63,779 bases of DNA, filler included, from Thermoplasmatota archaeon (GCA_041623215.1; 3 parts of 3 records of this genome joined end to end with filler, not necessarily neighbours in it); one strand, 5' to 3'. Numbered from the whole stretch's first letter, positions 18,715 to 29,123 are shown. Notes: generated from the letters alone by a model not told the origin. Made by a program: numbers and translations.

Positions 18715-20199
18715 ATGACACGACGCGAAGAAACCAAGCCGGACGTTGACCTCAAAGCCACGTTCGCCGACCTCAAACTATCGAAGCAAACCCTGGACGC
18801 GCTCGACGCCATTGGCTTCGAACACCCGACGCCCATCCAGGAAAAAACCATCCCGCACCTGATGGCAGGCCGGGACGTCATCGGGCAAGCCCGCACCGGG
18901 ACGGGCAAGACGGCTGCTTTTGGGCTGCCCATTATCGAGACCTACGACGCGGCCATTGACCACCCGCAAGCGCTGATTCTGGCGCCGACGCGGGAGTTGG
19001 CCATGCAAATCGAGGAAGAGATTCTCCGTTTTGCCGAAGGCCGCGAATTCCGCAGCATTTGCATCTACGGTGGCGCCGCGTTTGAGCCCCAGGAAAAGGC
19101 GCTTCGGGAAGGCGTCCACATCGTGGTTGGCACGCCCGGGCGCGTCATGGACCACATGGAGCGCGGCAACCTCGACCTCTCCGATACCAAGCTCATCGTC
19201 CTCGACGAAGCAGACCGCATGTTGGACATGGGTTTCATCGACGACGTGGAGTGGATTCTGCGGCGAATGCCCGGCAAACACCACCGGCAAACCCTGCTCT
19301 TTTCGGCCACCATGCCGGAGGAAATTCGCAACCTCACGAACCGCTTCATGGTGAAGCCCCGGTTCATTCGAGTCAGCGCCGACGAGCTGACGGTCCCCGA
19401 CATCGAGCAGGTGTACTACCCCGTAGGTCGCAAGAACAAGCAATGGGCCCTGCTTCGCGTCATCGAAAACGACGATGATTTGGACCTGATGATTATCTTC
19501 TGCGCCACCAAGCGCATGTGCGACAGATTGGAAGAAGACCTCGAGCGCCAAGGCATCAAGGCCGCTGCACTACACGGCGATTTGCCCCAATCCAAGCGCG
19601 AAAAAGTGCTAGAGCGTTTCGACCGGGGCGATGTGCGTGTCCTGATTGCGACCGACGTGGCTGCGCGTGGCCTCGACATTGATCGCATCACGCACGTCGT
19701 CAACTACGACTTGCCCGACCAGGAGCCAGAAGTGTACGTGCACCGGATTGGCCGCACAGGCCGCGCCGGGCGCAAAGGCAAATCCATCAGTTTCGTCGGC
19801 CTTGACGACAAGGCGACCCTCAAGCGCATCGAGATGCTCATCGGACGCGAAATCCGCGAGGGCACCCCGCCCCCTCTCAAGAAGGGCAACCGCGACAGTA
19901 TCAAGCACCGCATCGATTGGGACGAAATGGCCGACAAGTACGGCAACATCCACATCAGCGTCGATGGTGGCAGCGACGATGGTCTGACACCGTTCCGCTT
20001 GCACCGCCTCGTGCAAAAGGCAACCCGCCTGGAAGACCATGCAATTACCGATATTCAGATTGGCCCCGCCAGCACGACATTCGCGGTACCCAAGGACCGC
20101 GCGCTCGGTGCCCGCAACGCCTTCCGCAACGTCAAGGCAGGCAAGCGCGTGCTGGACGCGGATTTCGTCGAACGGCGCACGACCGTCCGTGAGGCCTAG
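18715..20199 (+). CDS. deaD: DEAD-box RNA helicase (DeaD/CsdA-like, with DbpA-type C-terminal domain)
   Basis: Q motif PTPIQ, ARTGTGKT, PTRELA, TPGR, DEADRMLDMGF, SAT, ARGLD and HRIGRTGRAG. Confidence 0.95.
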   Translation: MTRREETKPDVDLKATFADLKLSKQTLDALDAIGFEHPTPIQEKTIPHLMAGRDVIGQARTGTGKTAAFGLPIIETYDAAIDHPQALILAPTRELAMQIEEEILRFAEGREFRSICIYGGAAFEPQEKALREGVHIVVGTPGRVMDHMERGNLDLSDTKLIVLDEADRMLDMGFIDDVEWILRRMPGKHHRQTLLFSATMPEEIRNLTNRFMVKPRFIRVSADELTVPDIEQVYYPVGRKNKQWALLRVIENDDDLDLMIIFCATKRMCDRLEEDLERQGIKAAALHGDLPQSKREKVLERFDRGDVRVLIATDVAARGLDIDRITHVVNYDLPDQEPEVYVHRIGRTGRAGRKGKSISFVGLDDKATLKRIEMLIGREIREGTPPPLKKGNRDSIKHRIDWDEMADKYGNIHISVDGGSDDGLTPFRLHRLVQKATRLEDHAITDIQIGPASTTFAVPKDRALGARNAFRNVKAGKRVLDADFVERRTTVREA

Positions 20200-20201
20200 A
20201 T

Positions 20202-20408
20202 TTACTCACGGCCCGGCGGTCGAATCAGGCGAAGCGGTACAATCGCCAGCAGGATCACAATTAGCCCGAGCGCTGCCAGACCGGTAGCCTTGGTATCACT
20301 CCAGCCGACCTCGCCCCAGGCGTCTGCCCAATAGGCGAGAATGAGCAAGCCTCCCCCAATTGCCAGCATTGGTGCGGCCACGAGCCAGCGGAGTCGTTGC
20401 CACTCCAT
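20202..20408 (-). CDS. Small two-TM membrane protein
   Basis: ATG 20408, 68 aa, two hydrophobic helices; TATA-like box about 24 nt upstream. Confidence 0.6.
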   Translation of the reverse strand: MEWQRLRWLVAAPMLAIGGGLLILAYWADAWGEVGWSDTKATGLAALGLIVILLAIVPLRLIRPPGRE

Positions 20409-20458
20409 GCTACCGTGAAGACCGGGGCTTTGAAAGGTCGGCGCATTGTGCACGCATC

Positions 20459-21307
20459 GTGACGCACCACCGCGCCCATGTCACGGTCATTGGCTCCGAC
20501 AAGTCGGGCGTCATTGCCCGCATTTGCCAATTCTTGTTCGACTGCGGTGGCAACATCGAGGAACTCGACCAACACGTGACGCATGGCCAATTCTCCATGC
20601 ATTTGGAAGTGAGTTGGCCAGCCACGGGGCATACAGCCGCCGACATGGAGGCGGGCCTAGAAGCACTGGGTGAGGAATTGGGCATGGACATCACGTTTCG
20701 TTCCGATGCAGCTGGCCGCCGGCGCCTCGGCCTTCTAGTCACGAAGGAGGAACACGCCCCCCGTGCCGTGTTGGAGGCAATCGCCGCCGGCGACTTGGCT
20801 GCCGAGGCGGTGGTAATGCTAGGGAACCATCCCGACCTAGAGAAGCTCGCCGGAGACTTCGACGTCCCCTTCCACCACGTGCGGGATGCCGACAAGAAGG
20901 CGCACGAAGCGGAGATGTTGCGACGGTTAGCTGACTACCAAGTAGATGTGGTCGTTCTGGCTCGCTACATGCGGATTCTCAGCCCCGACTTCGTCTGGCG
21001 GTTTCCGCATCGCATTGTCAACATTCATCCTAGCCTCCTGCCGGCGTTCCCGGGGGCCGTGCCCTACCGGCAGGCGCTCGATCGTGGTGTCCGGGTAGCT
21101 GGCGTCACAGCGCACCTCGTGACCACCGACCTTGACCAAGGGCCGATTCTGGCCCAGCACGCCTTCCCTGTTGATCCGGGGGCCACGCTGAAGGAGGTCA
21201 TCGCCGAGGGGCGGCAGTTGGAGTCCCAGGCTCTGGTGGACGGCCTGCGGCTGGTGGTTGAGGACCGCGTTGAAGTGGGATGGGGACGCACCTGGGTCAA
21301 AGATTGA
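20459..21307 (+). CDS. purU: Formyltetrahydrofolate deformylase
   Basis: N-terminal ACT domain (DKSGVIA); LARYMRILS, NIHPSLLPAFPGAVPY, GVTAH and DLDQGPI. Confidence 0.93.
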   Translation: MTHHRAHVTVIGSDKSGVIARICQFLFDCGGNIEELDQHVTHGQFSMHLEVSWPATGHTAADMEAGLEALGEELGMDITFRSDAAGRRRLGLLVTKEEHAPRAVLEAIAAGDLAAEAVVMLGNHPDLEKLAGDFDVPFHHVRDADKKAHEAEMLRRLADYQVDVVVLARYMRILSPDFVWRFPHRIVNIHPSLLPAFPGAVPYRQALDRGVRVAGVTAHLVTTDLDQGPILAQHAFPVDPGATLKEVIAEGRQLESQALVDGLRLVVEDRVEVGWGRTWVKD

Positions 21308-21427
21308 CCCGGTGTGGGGGCTGTTGCGAAACGTAACCGGCCACCAAATTGGCCGCCGGACGCGTATGCGCGCCTTCAGTAACGCTTCTTAACGCGCCCA
21401 CCTCTGGCCAAGAAGGGATGCCAAGCC

Positions 21428-22357
21428 ATGGCCTTTGACCGTAGGACGATGGTCCTGCCCCCGGGCACGACCTTCGAGGAACGCACCATCGTCGCTGCCG
21501 GCGACTTCATCCTGGGCAACCACGTCGAGTGCGCCTTCGGGGTGCAAACCGACGGCCGCCTGTTTGGGGGCCAAGGCGTCGAGATTGACGGCAACATCAC
21601 CTGCACAGGCGACTTGCGGTTGGACCAGTCCAGCCACGTGGAGGGCGACGTCGAGGTCGAGGGGCATGTGTATCTTGGCGAACGGTGCTTCGTCAAGGGC
21701 GACTTACGCTTGGACGGCGACCTTGATGTTGGCGACGACGTCAAGATTGGCGGCGCCTTGCACGCGAAAGGCTGGGTCAACAAGCGCTCGCCGGTGCCCC
21801 TTGTCATCTACGTTTTCATCTACTTACTGGAGTTGCTCCGCGTTGGGCAATCGGAGGAAGTGGAACGCATCCTGCAAGAGCTGGAGGAGGCGGAGGAAGA
21901 GGACGAAATCAATGTCAGCGAAATCTTCGCCTTCATTCCAGATGGCTCCAAGATTGGCTTGCAAGAATCGCTTGTCAAGGGCCACTTCGAGGCCGGTGAC
22001 GGAGCGCGCATTTTGGGCAATCTCCGGGTCAACGGCAGCGTCCTCATGGGTGAAGGCGTGCAACTGTACGGTGCGCTTCGGGCTGACGGCGGCGTGGAGC
22101 TCGGTAAAGGCTGCGAGGTGCAAGGGGAGTGCAGCGCCGGTGGCCACGTTATTGTTGGCGAGGATTGCCAAATCTTGGGCGATTTGAAGGCGCGCAGCGT
22201 CGAAATGTACCCCTCCGCCACGGTGGACGGCCGCATTCTTGCCGATGAGGGCGTCAAGTTCCGCAGCGAAATCGCCGATCTCAAAGAAGATGTGGCGGAA
22301 GAGAAAGTGGCCGAGATGGATTCCAAGTCAGCCGATTTGGTTGACCTGCTTGGCTAG
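21428..22357 (+). CDS. Beta-helix protein, polymer-forming/bactofilin-like (COG4801-type)
   Basis: Two blocks of (I/V)xG(N/D)(I/L/V) repeats separated by a hydrophobic segment PVPLVIYVFIYLLELL and an acidic linker. Confidence 0.7.
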   Translation: MAFDRRTMVLPPGTTFEERTIVAAGDFILGNHVECAFGVQTDGRLFGGQGVEIDGNITCTGDLRLDQSSHVEGDVEVEGHVYLGERCFVKGDLRLDGDLDVGDDVKIGGALHAKGWVNKRSPVPLVIYVFIYLLELLRVGQSEEVERILQELEEAEEEDEINVSEIFAFIPDGSKIGLQESLVKGHFEAGDGARILGNLRVNGSVLMGEGVQLYGALRADGGVELGKGCEVQGECSAGGHVIVGEDCQILGDLKARSVEMYPSATVDGRILADEGVKFRSEIADLKEDVAEEKVAEMDSKSADLVDLLG

Positions 22358-22378
22358 CCGGCGCCCCGGCGATGACCG

Positions 22379-22552
22379 CTAGGCGCGGTCCCGGTCGTCC
22401 GGGCCCTCTTGCCAGGCAAACCATCGTTCACCCTCTGCTTCCTCGTGGCTGGTCGTCGTAGAGGTGACAGCTGCCGCGGCTTGGGTGTCAGCCGTCAACT
22501 CCTCAACGAAGCCTTCGACGAGAATGTCCAAAACGCGTTCGCCGCGCTCTGC
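22379..22552 (-). CDS. 3' fragment of a CDS truncated by the contig end (possibly creatininase family)
   Basis: Open frame AERGERVLDILVEGFVEEL...DRDRA-stop. A-E-x-G-E-R-x-L resembles creatininase C-termini but is too short to be sure. Confidence 0.4.
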   Translation of the reverse strand, partial: AERGERVLDILVEGFVEELTADTQAAAAVTSTTTSHEEAEGERWFAWQEGPDDRDRA

Positions 22553-22652
22553 NNNNNNNNNNNNNNNNNNNNNNNNNNNNNNNNNNNNNNNNNNNNTTAA
22601 TTAATTAANNNNNNNNNNNNNNNNNNNNNNNNNNNNNNNNNNNNNNNNNNNN
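22553..22652. other. Artificial contig linker
   Basis: 44 N + TTAATTAATTAA + 44 N. Confidence 0.99.
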
Positions 22653-24119
22653 AAGGGTGCCCCCGTGCGCTTCGACGAGGATTCGGCCGACGTAGAACCA
22701 CAAGGCGTGTTCTGCTTGCTCGCCCGTTGATGTGTCGCCCATAAGGAAGCCGAAGGGGTCCAGGAGGCCCCGTATTTCACCTGCCGTCAGGGCAGGGCCG
22801 GCATCCTCAACGGCAATTTCGGCCCAGTCGCCGTCGCGACGGATGGTTGCGCGAATCAAACCGTCAGGCTCGCTGCGAAGAATGGACGTGTGCAGCAAGC
22901 GCCGTAGGACCTTGCGAAGCGCGTCGGGGTCTGCATCCACGCTCAGGCGTTCGGATTCAACGTGAACCTGGACAAACCGTTCCTCCAGGAACGCCTGCTC
23001 CTTCTGAAGTACGCGGCGGATTTCTTCTCCTAGTTCCACCTCGACCGGGCGCAGACGATGCGTGCCCCGGCGCAATTCTGTCACCGCCCGCGTGGTATCA
23101 AATACGCCTTGCAAGCGGCGCAGGTTTCGTTCCATCACCTCCAGCGCCTTCTGCTGTCGTTCGCTCAATCGGTCCTGCTCTTGCTGCAGCACCTTGAGCT
23201 TCAGTAGAATCGGTGTCATAGGCGTCTGCACCAGGTGGCCAATGACGTTGAGCATGTCGGTTCGCTCTTGGTCCGCCTTGATTCGTTCGGCATCCCGCAC
23301 CCACGCCCCGCGGGTTCCGCTGGTGGCTGAGCCAACATCAAACGCGATGACGAAACCCCCCCCACGGTTGGTGGGCAGCGGCTCAAGCGTCAGGTGTACC
23401 GGGACAAAGGAGCCCGATGCGTGGCATAGATGCGCGTCATCCATTCGTCCAGGGCGAGGCGAGGCCAGCGCCGCGGCAAGGGGGCACGCATATGGGTCAT
23501 GGTACACGTTCGGCGGCTGAATCCGGTGAACGAGGGCATGGAAATCGCCGCCCGTGACCTCAGGTCTGCGCCAACCGAGTAGCGAGCATGCGTCGTCGTT
23601 GATGCGACGGATACCGCCTTTGGCATCCACCACGATGAGCGGTCGAGCCGCTGCATTCATGGTCGCCATGGCTTCCGCTTCAACGCGAGCTGCAAGTTCA
23701 TCTGCGCGGGCTCGATTCGTCTCGTAGCGCTTGATGGCCATCGCCCGGAACAGGGCCCGCACCACGGTGGCACCGCTGAGACCCTTCTTGGGCAGGTAAT
23801 CGACGGCACCCAGGTGCATGGCATCAACGGCAACCGATTCGCCGCCTCTTCCAGTGACCATCACCACCGGCACCAAGGGTTCGTGGGTTTGGATGGCTTG
23901 CAGGACCTCCATGCCATCCATGCCAGGCATCATGTAATCCAAAAGAACCACGTCAGGATGGAAACGACGGATGGTACTAAGCGCATCGCGCCCGTTGGTA
24001 ATATGGCGAAACTCAACACCGGATGTAGTCAACGCGTCACGCAGGATCCGCTGTAAGTGGACGGCATCACGAGCATCATCCTCGATGGACAACACGCGAA
24101 TCGGCGTGTGCCCGGTCAA
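22653..24119 (-). CDS. Hybrid REC-PAS-histidine kinase-like protein with degenerate ATPase domain (3' truncated)
   Basis: REC motifs IEDD, LLDYMMP, VTG, YLPK; PAS domain; H-box IGHLVQTP; degenerate N/G boxes; TTG start overlaps the upstream stop with SD GGAGGT. Confidence 0.85.
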
Positions 24120-25744
24120 TTCACGACCTCCCAGGCGCCGTCGGGAGGGTCTTCAGGTGCTTGTGCCGCGATTTGCCCGGACGCCACAGCGTGGCGCGCC
24201 GCTTCGTCGCCGGCGGGTTCAGGCTCCTGCGCTGGCGGGACCTCGATGATGAAGTGGGCACCATTGGCGGCCGGGTTGCTGCGGACTGTTCCCCCGTGGC
24301 GTTGGACAATGCGGCGCAGCATGGCCAGTCCCATACCGTGTGTGCCGTCCTGGTCACCGCCTCGAAACGGCTCCCAGATGGCTTCCTGCCGGTCCGCCGG
24401 GATACCGGGGCCATTGTCCATGTAATGCAAGGTAATCTTATCCGGTTCCTGGATTGCCTGTAATCGAATTTCCAGGGGACGGTCGTCGCGGCGGTACTTG
24501 ACAGAATTGTCGATGAGATTTCTGAATACAACACTCCATTCGTCAGCATTACCATGGATACGGCCAAGCGGCCCGACAGCGCGGGCCGAGGCATCGGCTA
24601 GCTCGCTCCGGAAGCGATCCAAACTTTCCGCCCATAACTGGTCAAGGTCCACAGCCTCGTGCGGAACACCCACAAGCGCCAGACGCTCGTAGGCTACCAG
24701 GTCTTCAATCATCTTCTCCATGGTCTCAAGTTCATGATGGGCTTCGGGCGGCAATTGGTTCTCCAAGCGTTCCATGCGCCGCAGCGGCGCACGCAGGTCA
24801 TGCGATACGATTCGGGTAAAGTCTAACAGTTGGCTGCTTCGCTCTTGCAGGTTCCGAATGACACGGTCGAGGCGCTCTTCCATCACCACATCATCGGTGA
24901 CGTCGCGTGCAATCGCGTAGATGCTCGCCCCCTCGGGCACGGCGCTCCAGTCGAGCCACAGGTAGCGGCCATTGCGGTGCCGGTAGCGATTTCTGAAGTG
25001 CAGGGTTGCCGCGCCGTCACGAAGCTTCTCCATCTCCGCCATGGTTGAAGCAACGTCATCTGGGTGGACGAAGTCTAGGAATGGGCGGTCGGTCAAGTCC
25101 TTCATGGAATAGCCCAGCGAAGCACTGAAACTGGGGCTCAAGTCCTTGAAGAAACCGTCGAGGCCAGCCACGCACAGGAGGTCCTTGCTGAGCCGCCAGA
25201 ACCGGTGTCGGTCCATGGCGCGCACGACAGTGCCGCCGGCGCCACGTTCACTGCGCGCGTGGATTTCCGCCTCGGCCCATCCAGCCAGGGCCGCCAGCCG
25301 CGCTTGCGCATCGGCATCGAAGCGGCGCGGCGCGTCATCAATGATGCACAGCGTGCCAATGCGGAATCCTTCTGGGCTGTGTAACGGATGGCCGGCATAG
25401 AACCGGATAAACGGCTCGCCCGTCACCAAGGGGTTATCGGCAAAGCGCGGATCTTTCGCCGCGTCCTCCACTACGAAGGTGATGTCGTCCGCAATGGCAT
25501 GACCACAAAATGACACGTCGCGCGACGTTTCACTTACGGCCAAGCCCACGCACGCCTTGAACCACTGGCGCTTCTCATCGATGAGCGAAATCAAGGCGAC
25601 CGGTACGTCGAACGCTAAGGCGGCCAGCCGCGCAACTTGGTCCAACTCACGCTCCGGTGCCGTATCCATGATGTCCATGGCCAGCAACGATTGCAGCCGC
25701 TCCACCTCATTGTCAGGGACCGGCGCCGCCAGCATACTTTCCAT
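24116..25744 (-). CDS. GAF-PAS sensor histidine kinase
   Basis: GAF (RDVSFCGHAI, DPRFADNPLV, IRFYAGHPL, GTLC); PAS (FVHPDD); H-box VSHDLRAPL; N-box NLIDNSVKY; DNGPGI; GMGL. Confidence 0.95.
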   Translation of the reverse strand: MESMLAAPVPDNEVERLQSLLAMDIMDTAPERELDQVARLAALAFDVPVALISLIDEKRQWFKACVGLAVSETSRDVSFCGHAIADDITFVVEDAAKDPRFADNPLVTGEPFIRFYAGHPLHSPEGFRIGTLCIIDDAPRRFDADAQARLAALAGWAEAEIHARSERGAGGTVVRAMDRHRFWRLSKDLLCVAGLDGFFKDLSPSFSASLGYSMKDLTDRPFLDFVHPDDVASTMAEMEKLRDGAATLHFRNRYRHRNGRYLWLDWSAVPEGASIYAIARDVTDDVVMEERLDRVIRNLQERSSQLLDFTRIVSHDLRAPLRRMERLENQLPPEAHHELETMEKMIEDLVAYERLALVGVPHEAVDLDQLWAESLDRFRSELADASARAVGPLGRIHGNADEWSVVFRNLIDNSVKYRRDDRPLEIRLQAIQEPDKITLHYMDNGPGIPADRQEAIWEPFRGGDQDGTHGMGLAMLRRIVQRHGGTVRSNPAANGAHFIIEVPPAQEPEPAGDEAARHAVASGQIAAQAPEDPPDGAWEVVN

Positions 25745-25877
25745 TCACCATGAATCGCCTAAACCTCGTCGCCTTGCGACCCTAGGGGCCTGCGGCCGAG
25801 TCCTCAAGGGCCCGCTGGGACTTACGGCCCGCGCGACCGCGACCTTGACACTCCGACAACTGCGAGCAGCGGCCGAC

Positions 25878-27353
25878 TTAATAGGTACGCGCGAAGCGAA
25901 TCCATTCGCTGGCGGGCGCACCGGTGACGGCGCATGTTTCTCCACTCGCATCGGCATCCACATCCACGGGAATTCCCAACGTCTTGATGTCCAACTCTTT
26001 TTCGACCACTTGCGCGGCAGCATCATCGGCGATGGGCATCTCATACACGACGTCGATCTCCTCAGCCGCCTCAATCGCCTTGGCTTCGTCCAAGGTCTTG
26101 ACGCGGCGGATGCGGTCAATCATGAAGGCATCCTGCTTGGCTCGCAGGGCACCGTGGATGTCGTCAAACAGCGCTTGGAGATCATCTTCGATGTTGGCCA
26201 AGCCGATGCCCTTCTTGCCATCGCGGCCTGGCACGTCGCGGCGCGCGGCGAAAACCGCTTCGGATTCGACATCACGGGGCCCTACTTCCAGTCGGACGGG
26301 GACGCCCCGCACTTCCCAGTGGTAGTACTTGTCGCCGGGACCCTTGTCACGGTCATCTAACTTGACGCGGAAACCAGCGCTTCGGAGGCGTTCTTCCAGC
26401 TGTTTGCAGTAGTTGAGGACCAGATCCTCTTGGCCCTTCTTGATGATGGGTACAATGACAGCTTGGATGGGTGCCACGGATGGGGGTAGGGTAAGCCCCG
26501 TGTCGTCGCCGTGGCAGCCGACGAGCGCGCCGACGAGACGTTCGCTCATGCCGTACGTCGTTTGATGGCAATACTGATGCTGCCCGCCTTCGGCTTCATA
26601 CGTCATATCATAGGCGCGGGCAAAGTTCTCACCATAGTAGTGCACAGTGGCGCACTGAAGCACCTTGCCACTGGGCATGATGACATCGGCCGCGTTGGAT
26701 TCCTGGGCACCCGGGAATTTGTCCCAGTCGGGGCGCTTGGTACGTATCGTTGGCAGGGCAAGATTGTCAAAGACATTCTCCACGATGGCCAAGTCCAGTT
26801 CAACGTGCTCGCGGGCGTCGGCCTCGTTCGCGAAGACCGAGTGATCTTCGAAGAAGTGGATTTCTCGAACCCGCATGAAGGCCCGTGTTTGTTTGGTCTC
26901 GTACCGGAAGACGTTGCAAATCTGGTACGTGGTGAGGGGGAGGTCGCTGTGCGAACGAATCCACAGCGGGAAAATCTCGTACATGGCACACTCGCTGGTC
27001 GGACGAACTACCCAACGCTCGCCACCCTCCAATTCGTTGTCACCCGCGTGTGTGACCCAGAAGACCTCGCCGCCGAAACCCTTGATTTGGTCCGCCTCCT
27101 TCATGAAGAGTTTCTCGGGAATCAGGAGAGGGAAGTTCACTTCATCGTGATGCGTGCGTTCCATTTCTGCACGAGTGAAGGCGTCAATGCGGCTCATGAT
27201 GGCCTGGCCATACGGGCGCCAGATGTTCATGCCCTTGATGGGGTAGCGCTTGTCGGTGAGCTCCGTAACTTCAACCACGTCGTTGTACCACGCCATGAAG
27301 TCCTCGGACTTCGGCGTCAAACCGGTTTTGGCGGCGGCGGCAGGCGCACCCAT
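25878..27353 (-). CDS. proS: Proline--tRNA ligase (archaeal/eukaryotic type)
   Basis: RPTSE, motif 2 FRYETKQTRAFMRVREIHFFE, motif 3 YGMSER, anticodon-binding domain and C-terminal ARTY; TTTTAA box about 25-30 nt upstream. Confidence 0.97.
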   Translation of the reverse strand: MGAPAAAAKTGLTPKSEDFMAWYNDVVEVTELTDKRYPIKGMNIWRPYGQAIMSRIDAFTRAEMERTHHDEVNFPLLIPEKLFMKEADQIKGFGGEVFWVTHAGDNELEGGERWVVRPTSECAMYEIFPLWIRSHSDLPLTTYQICNVFRYETKQTRAFMRVREIHFFEDHSVFANEADAREHVELDLAIVENVFDNLALPTIRTKRPDWDKFPGAQESNAADVIMPSGKVLQCATVHYYGENFARAYDMTYEAEGGQHQYCHQTTYGMSERLVGALVGCHGDDTGLTLPPSVAPIQAVIVPIIKKGQEDLVLNYCKQLEERLRSAGFRVKLDDRDKGPGDKYYHWEVRGVPVRLEVGPRDVESEAVFAARRDVPGRDGKKGIGLANIEDDLQALFDDIHGALRAKQDAFMIDRIRRVKTLDEAKAIEAAEEIDVVYEMPIADDAAAQVVEKELDIKTLGIPVDVDADASGETCAVTGAPASEWIRFARTY

Positions 27354-27447
27354 GTTGCCGCCGACCCAGGGACCTGTTAAAAGGGGTCGGAGGCGCCACG
27401 CGGCCGTGTGGGGGCCAGCCTTTGAAGCGGTCCAACCATGGCGCCCC

Positions 27448-28248
27448 ATGACCCAACTCATGGCCGACGTTGTACGCACCAAGCGGCACCCCGGTGGCGT
27501 AGCCGTAGTGACCTACGATTCGCCAGGTAACTTCAACGCATTTGATGCGACCGCTCTTGCCGCCATTCGGGCCACCATCGGCGGCTTGTTGTCGGACGAT
27601 GATGTGCGAGCCGTGGTGTTCACGGGCGTCGGCAAGACCTTCTGCACGGGCGCCGACGTGAAGGCGATGAAACACGCCGCCGATACAAACACTGGACCAC
27701 AATTCATTCTCGCAGCCATCGAGCACTTGCACCCCCTGATGCGCGAAATCAGCGAGTCGGGCAAACCGTTCATCGCGGCCGTGAACGGAGTTGCAGCGGG
27801 CGGCGGCCTAGGCCTAGCGCTTGCCGCCGACCTCAGAATCGGCACCAATCGCAGCCGCTTTGCCGCCGGCTATTTCGGCATCGGCATGCCACCCGATGGC
27901 GGCTCGACGTGGTTCTTGCCACGCCTGATTGGCCCGCAACGGACGCGCCGATTCCTCTTTGACAACATGGTCGTGGAAGCTGAGCAAGCGCAAGATTGGG
28001 GGTTGCTGGATGAAGTGGTGGATGCGGACGCGCTTCTTGAGCGAGCCATCACGGTGGCCGCCCAATGGGGCGCGTGGTCTCGCCATAGTCGCACCGCCAC
28101 CAAGCGCCTACTCGTCGCCCAGTCCGACACCGACTTGACGACCCAGCTTGAGCTGGAGCGCGGCTTCATGGCCGCCGGCGGTGGAACGCCCGATTTCGCC
28201 GAGGGCGTAACGGCCTTTGTCGAGAAGCGCCAGCCTAATTTTTCCTAG
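27448..28248 (+). CDS. Enoyl-CoA hydratase/isomerase (PaaG-like)
   Basis: FCTGADV, AAVNGVAAGGG, GMPPDGGSTW (Asp-type as in PaaG) and DFAEGVTAFVEKRQP. Confidence 0.9.
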   Translation: MTQLMADVVRTKRHPGGVAVVTYDSPGNFNAFDATALAAIRATIGGLLSDDDVRAVVFTGVGKTFCTGADVKAMKHAADTNTGPQFILAAIEHLHPLMREISESGKPFIAAVNGVAAGGGLGLALAADLRIGTNRSRFAAGYFGIGMPPDGGSTWFLPRLIGPQRTRRFLFDNMVVEAEQAQDWGLLDEVVDADALLERAITVAAQWGAWSRHSRTATKRLLVAQSDTDLTTQLELERGFMAAGGGTPDFAEGVTAFVEKRQPNFS

Positions 28249-29123
28249 GGACGACCGGAGCGGGGAGTCGCCTTGCCACCCGTCCAATCGTAGAAGCCCC
28301 GGCCACTTTTCTGCCCCAAGTCACCGGCTGCGACCAATTGCTCGATAATGGCGGGGGGCGCGTAACGCTCCCTGCCCAAGCGCGCGGCAAGGTCACGGCT
28401 TACCGCTGCATGGACGTCTAGGCCGACAAGGTCTGCCAACATGAGTGGCCCCATGGGATGTCCGTAGCCAAGCCGCATGCCCGCGTCAATGTCGGGGATG
28501 GTTGCTATGCCCTCTTGCGCCATCCGCATCGCCTCGTTGCCAAGCACCACACCAAGGCGGCTGGTGGCAAACCCGGGTGAATCCCGTACCATGATGCAGG
28601 TTTTGCCCATGGCTGCACCGGCGCGGCGCGCGGTAGCAACGGCACTCGTAGCAGTGTCAGCATGGTGTACGATTTCCAGCAGTTGCATGCGCGGAACAGG
28701 GTTGAAAAAATGCATCCCGAGGACGCGTTCGGGGCAACTGGTAGCTTGGGCGATTTTCGCAAGGGAGAGCGCGCTGGTGTTGCTCGCAAGGACGCAGTGG
28801 TCCGGTGCAACTTCGGCAGCATGCGCGAAGATGCTTTGCTTGAGGCCGAGGTCTTCGGGGACCGCTTCAATGATTAGGTCTGCGTCCGCCATGGCATCGT
28901 CGGCCTCGGCGCAGTAATGGAGGCGGTCTTTCCATTCGCCAAACTGTGCTGGGGTCACCTTGCCACGATGGACTCCATTTTGCCAGTCTTCATAGATGGC
29001 CGCAATAGCCCGGTCGCGGACGGCGGCATCGGCATCGTGGAGTGTTGCTGCGTAGCCTGCTTGGGCCGCAACTTGGGCAATGCCTTGCCCCATCGTGCCG
29101 GCCCCTAGCACCACGACTCGCAT
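28245..29123 (-). CDS. 3-hydroxyacyl-CoA dehydrogenase
   Basis: GAGTMGQGIA, IEAVPEDL, ASNTS, GMHFFNP and GHPMGPL..ADLVGLD. Confidence 0.95.
   Translation of the reverse strand: MRVVVLGAGTMGQGIAQVAAQAGYAATLHDADAAVRDRAIAAIYEDWQNGVHRGKVTPAQFGEWKDRLHYCAEADDAMADADLIIEAVPEDLGLKQSIFAHAAEVAPDHCVLASNTSALSLAKIAQATSCPERVLGMHFFNPVPRMQLLEIVHHADTATSAVATARRAGAAMGKTCIMVRDSPGFATSRLGVVLGNEAMRMAQEGIATIPDIDAGMRLGYGHPMGPLMLADLVGLDVHAAVSRDLAARLGRERYAPPAIIEQLVAAGDLGQKSGRGFYDWTGGKATPRSGRP

Noticed and set aside
22553..22652. TTAATTAATTAA inside N runs (also 45149-45248)
   Set aside because: Identical stop-in-all-frames spacer flanked by 44 Ns; an assembly linker, not biology.
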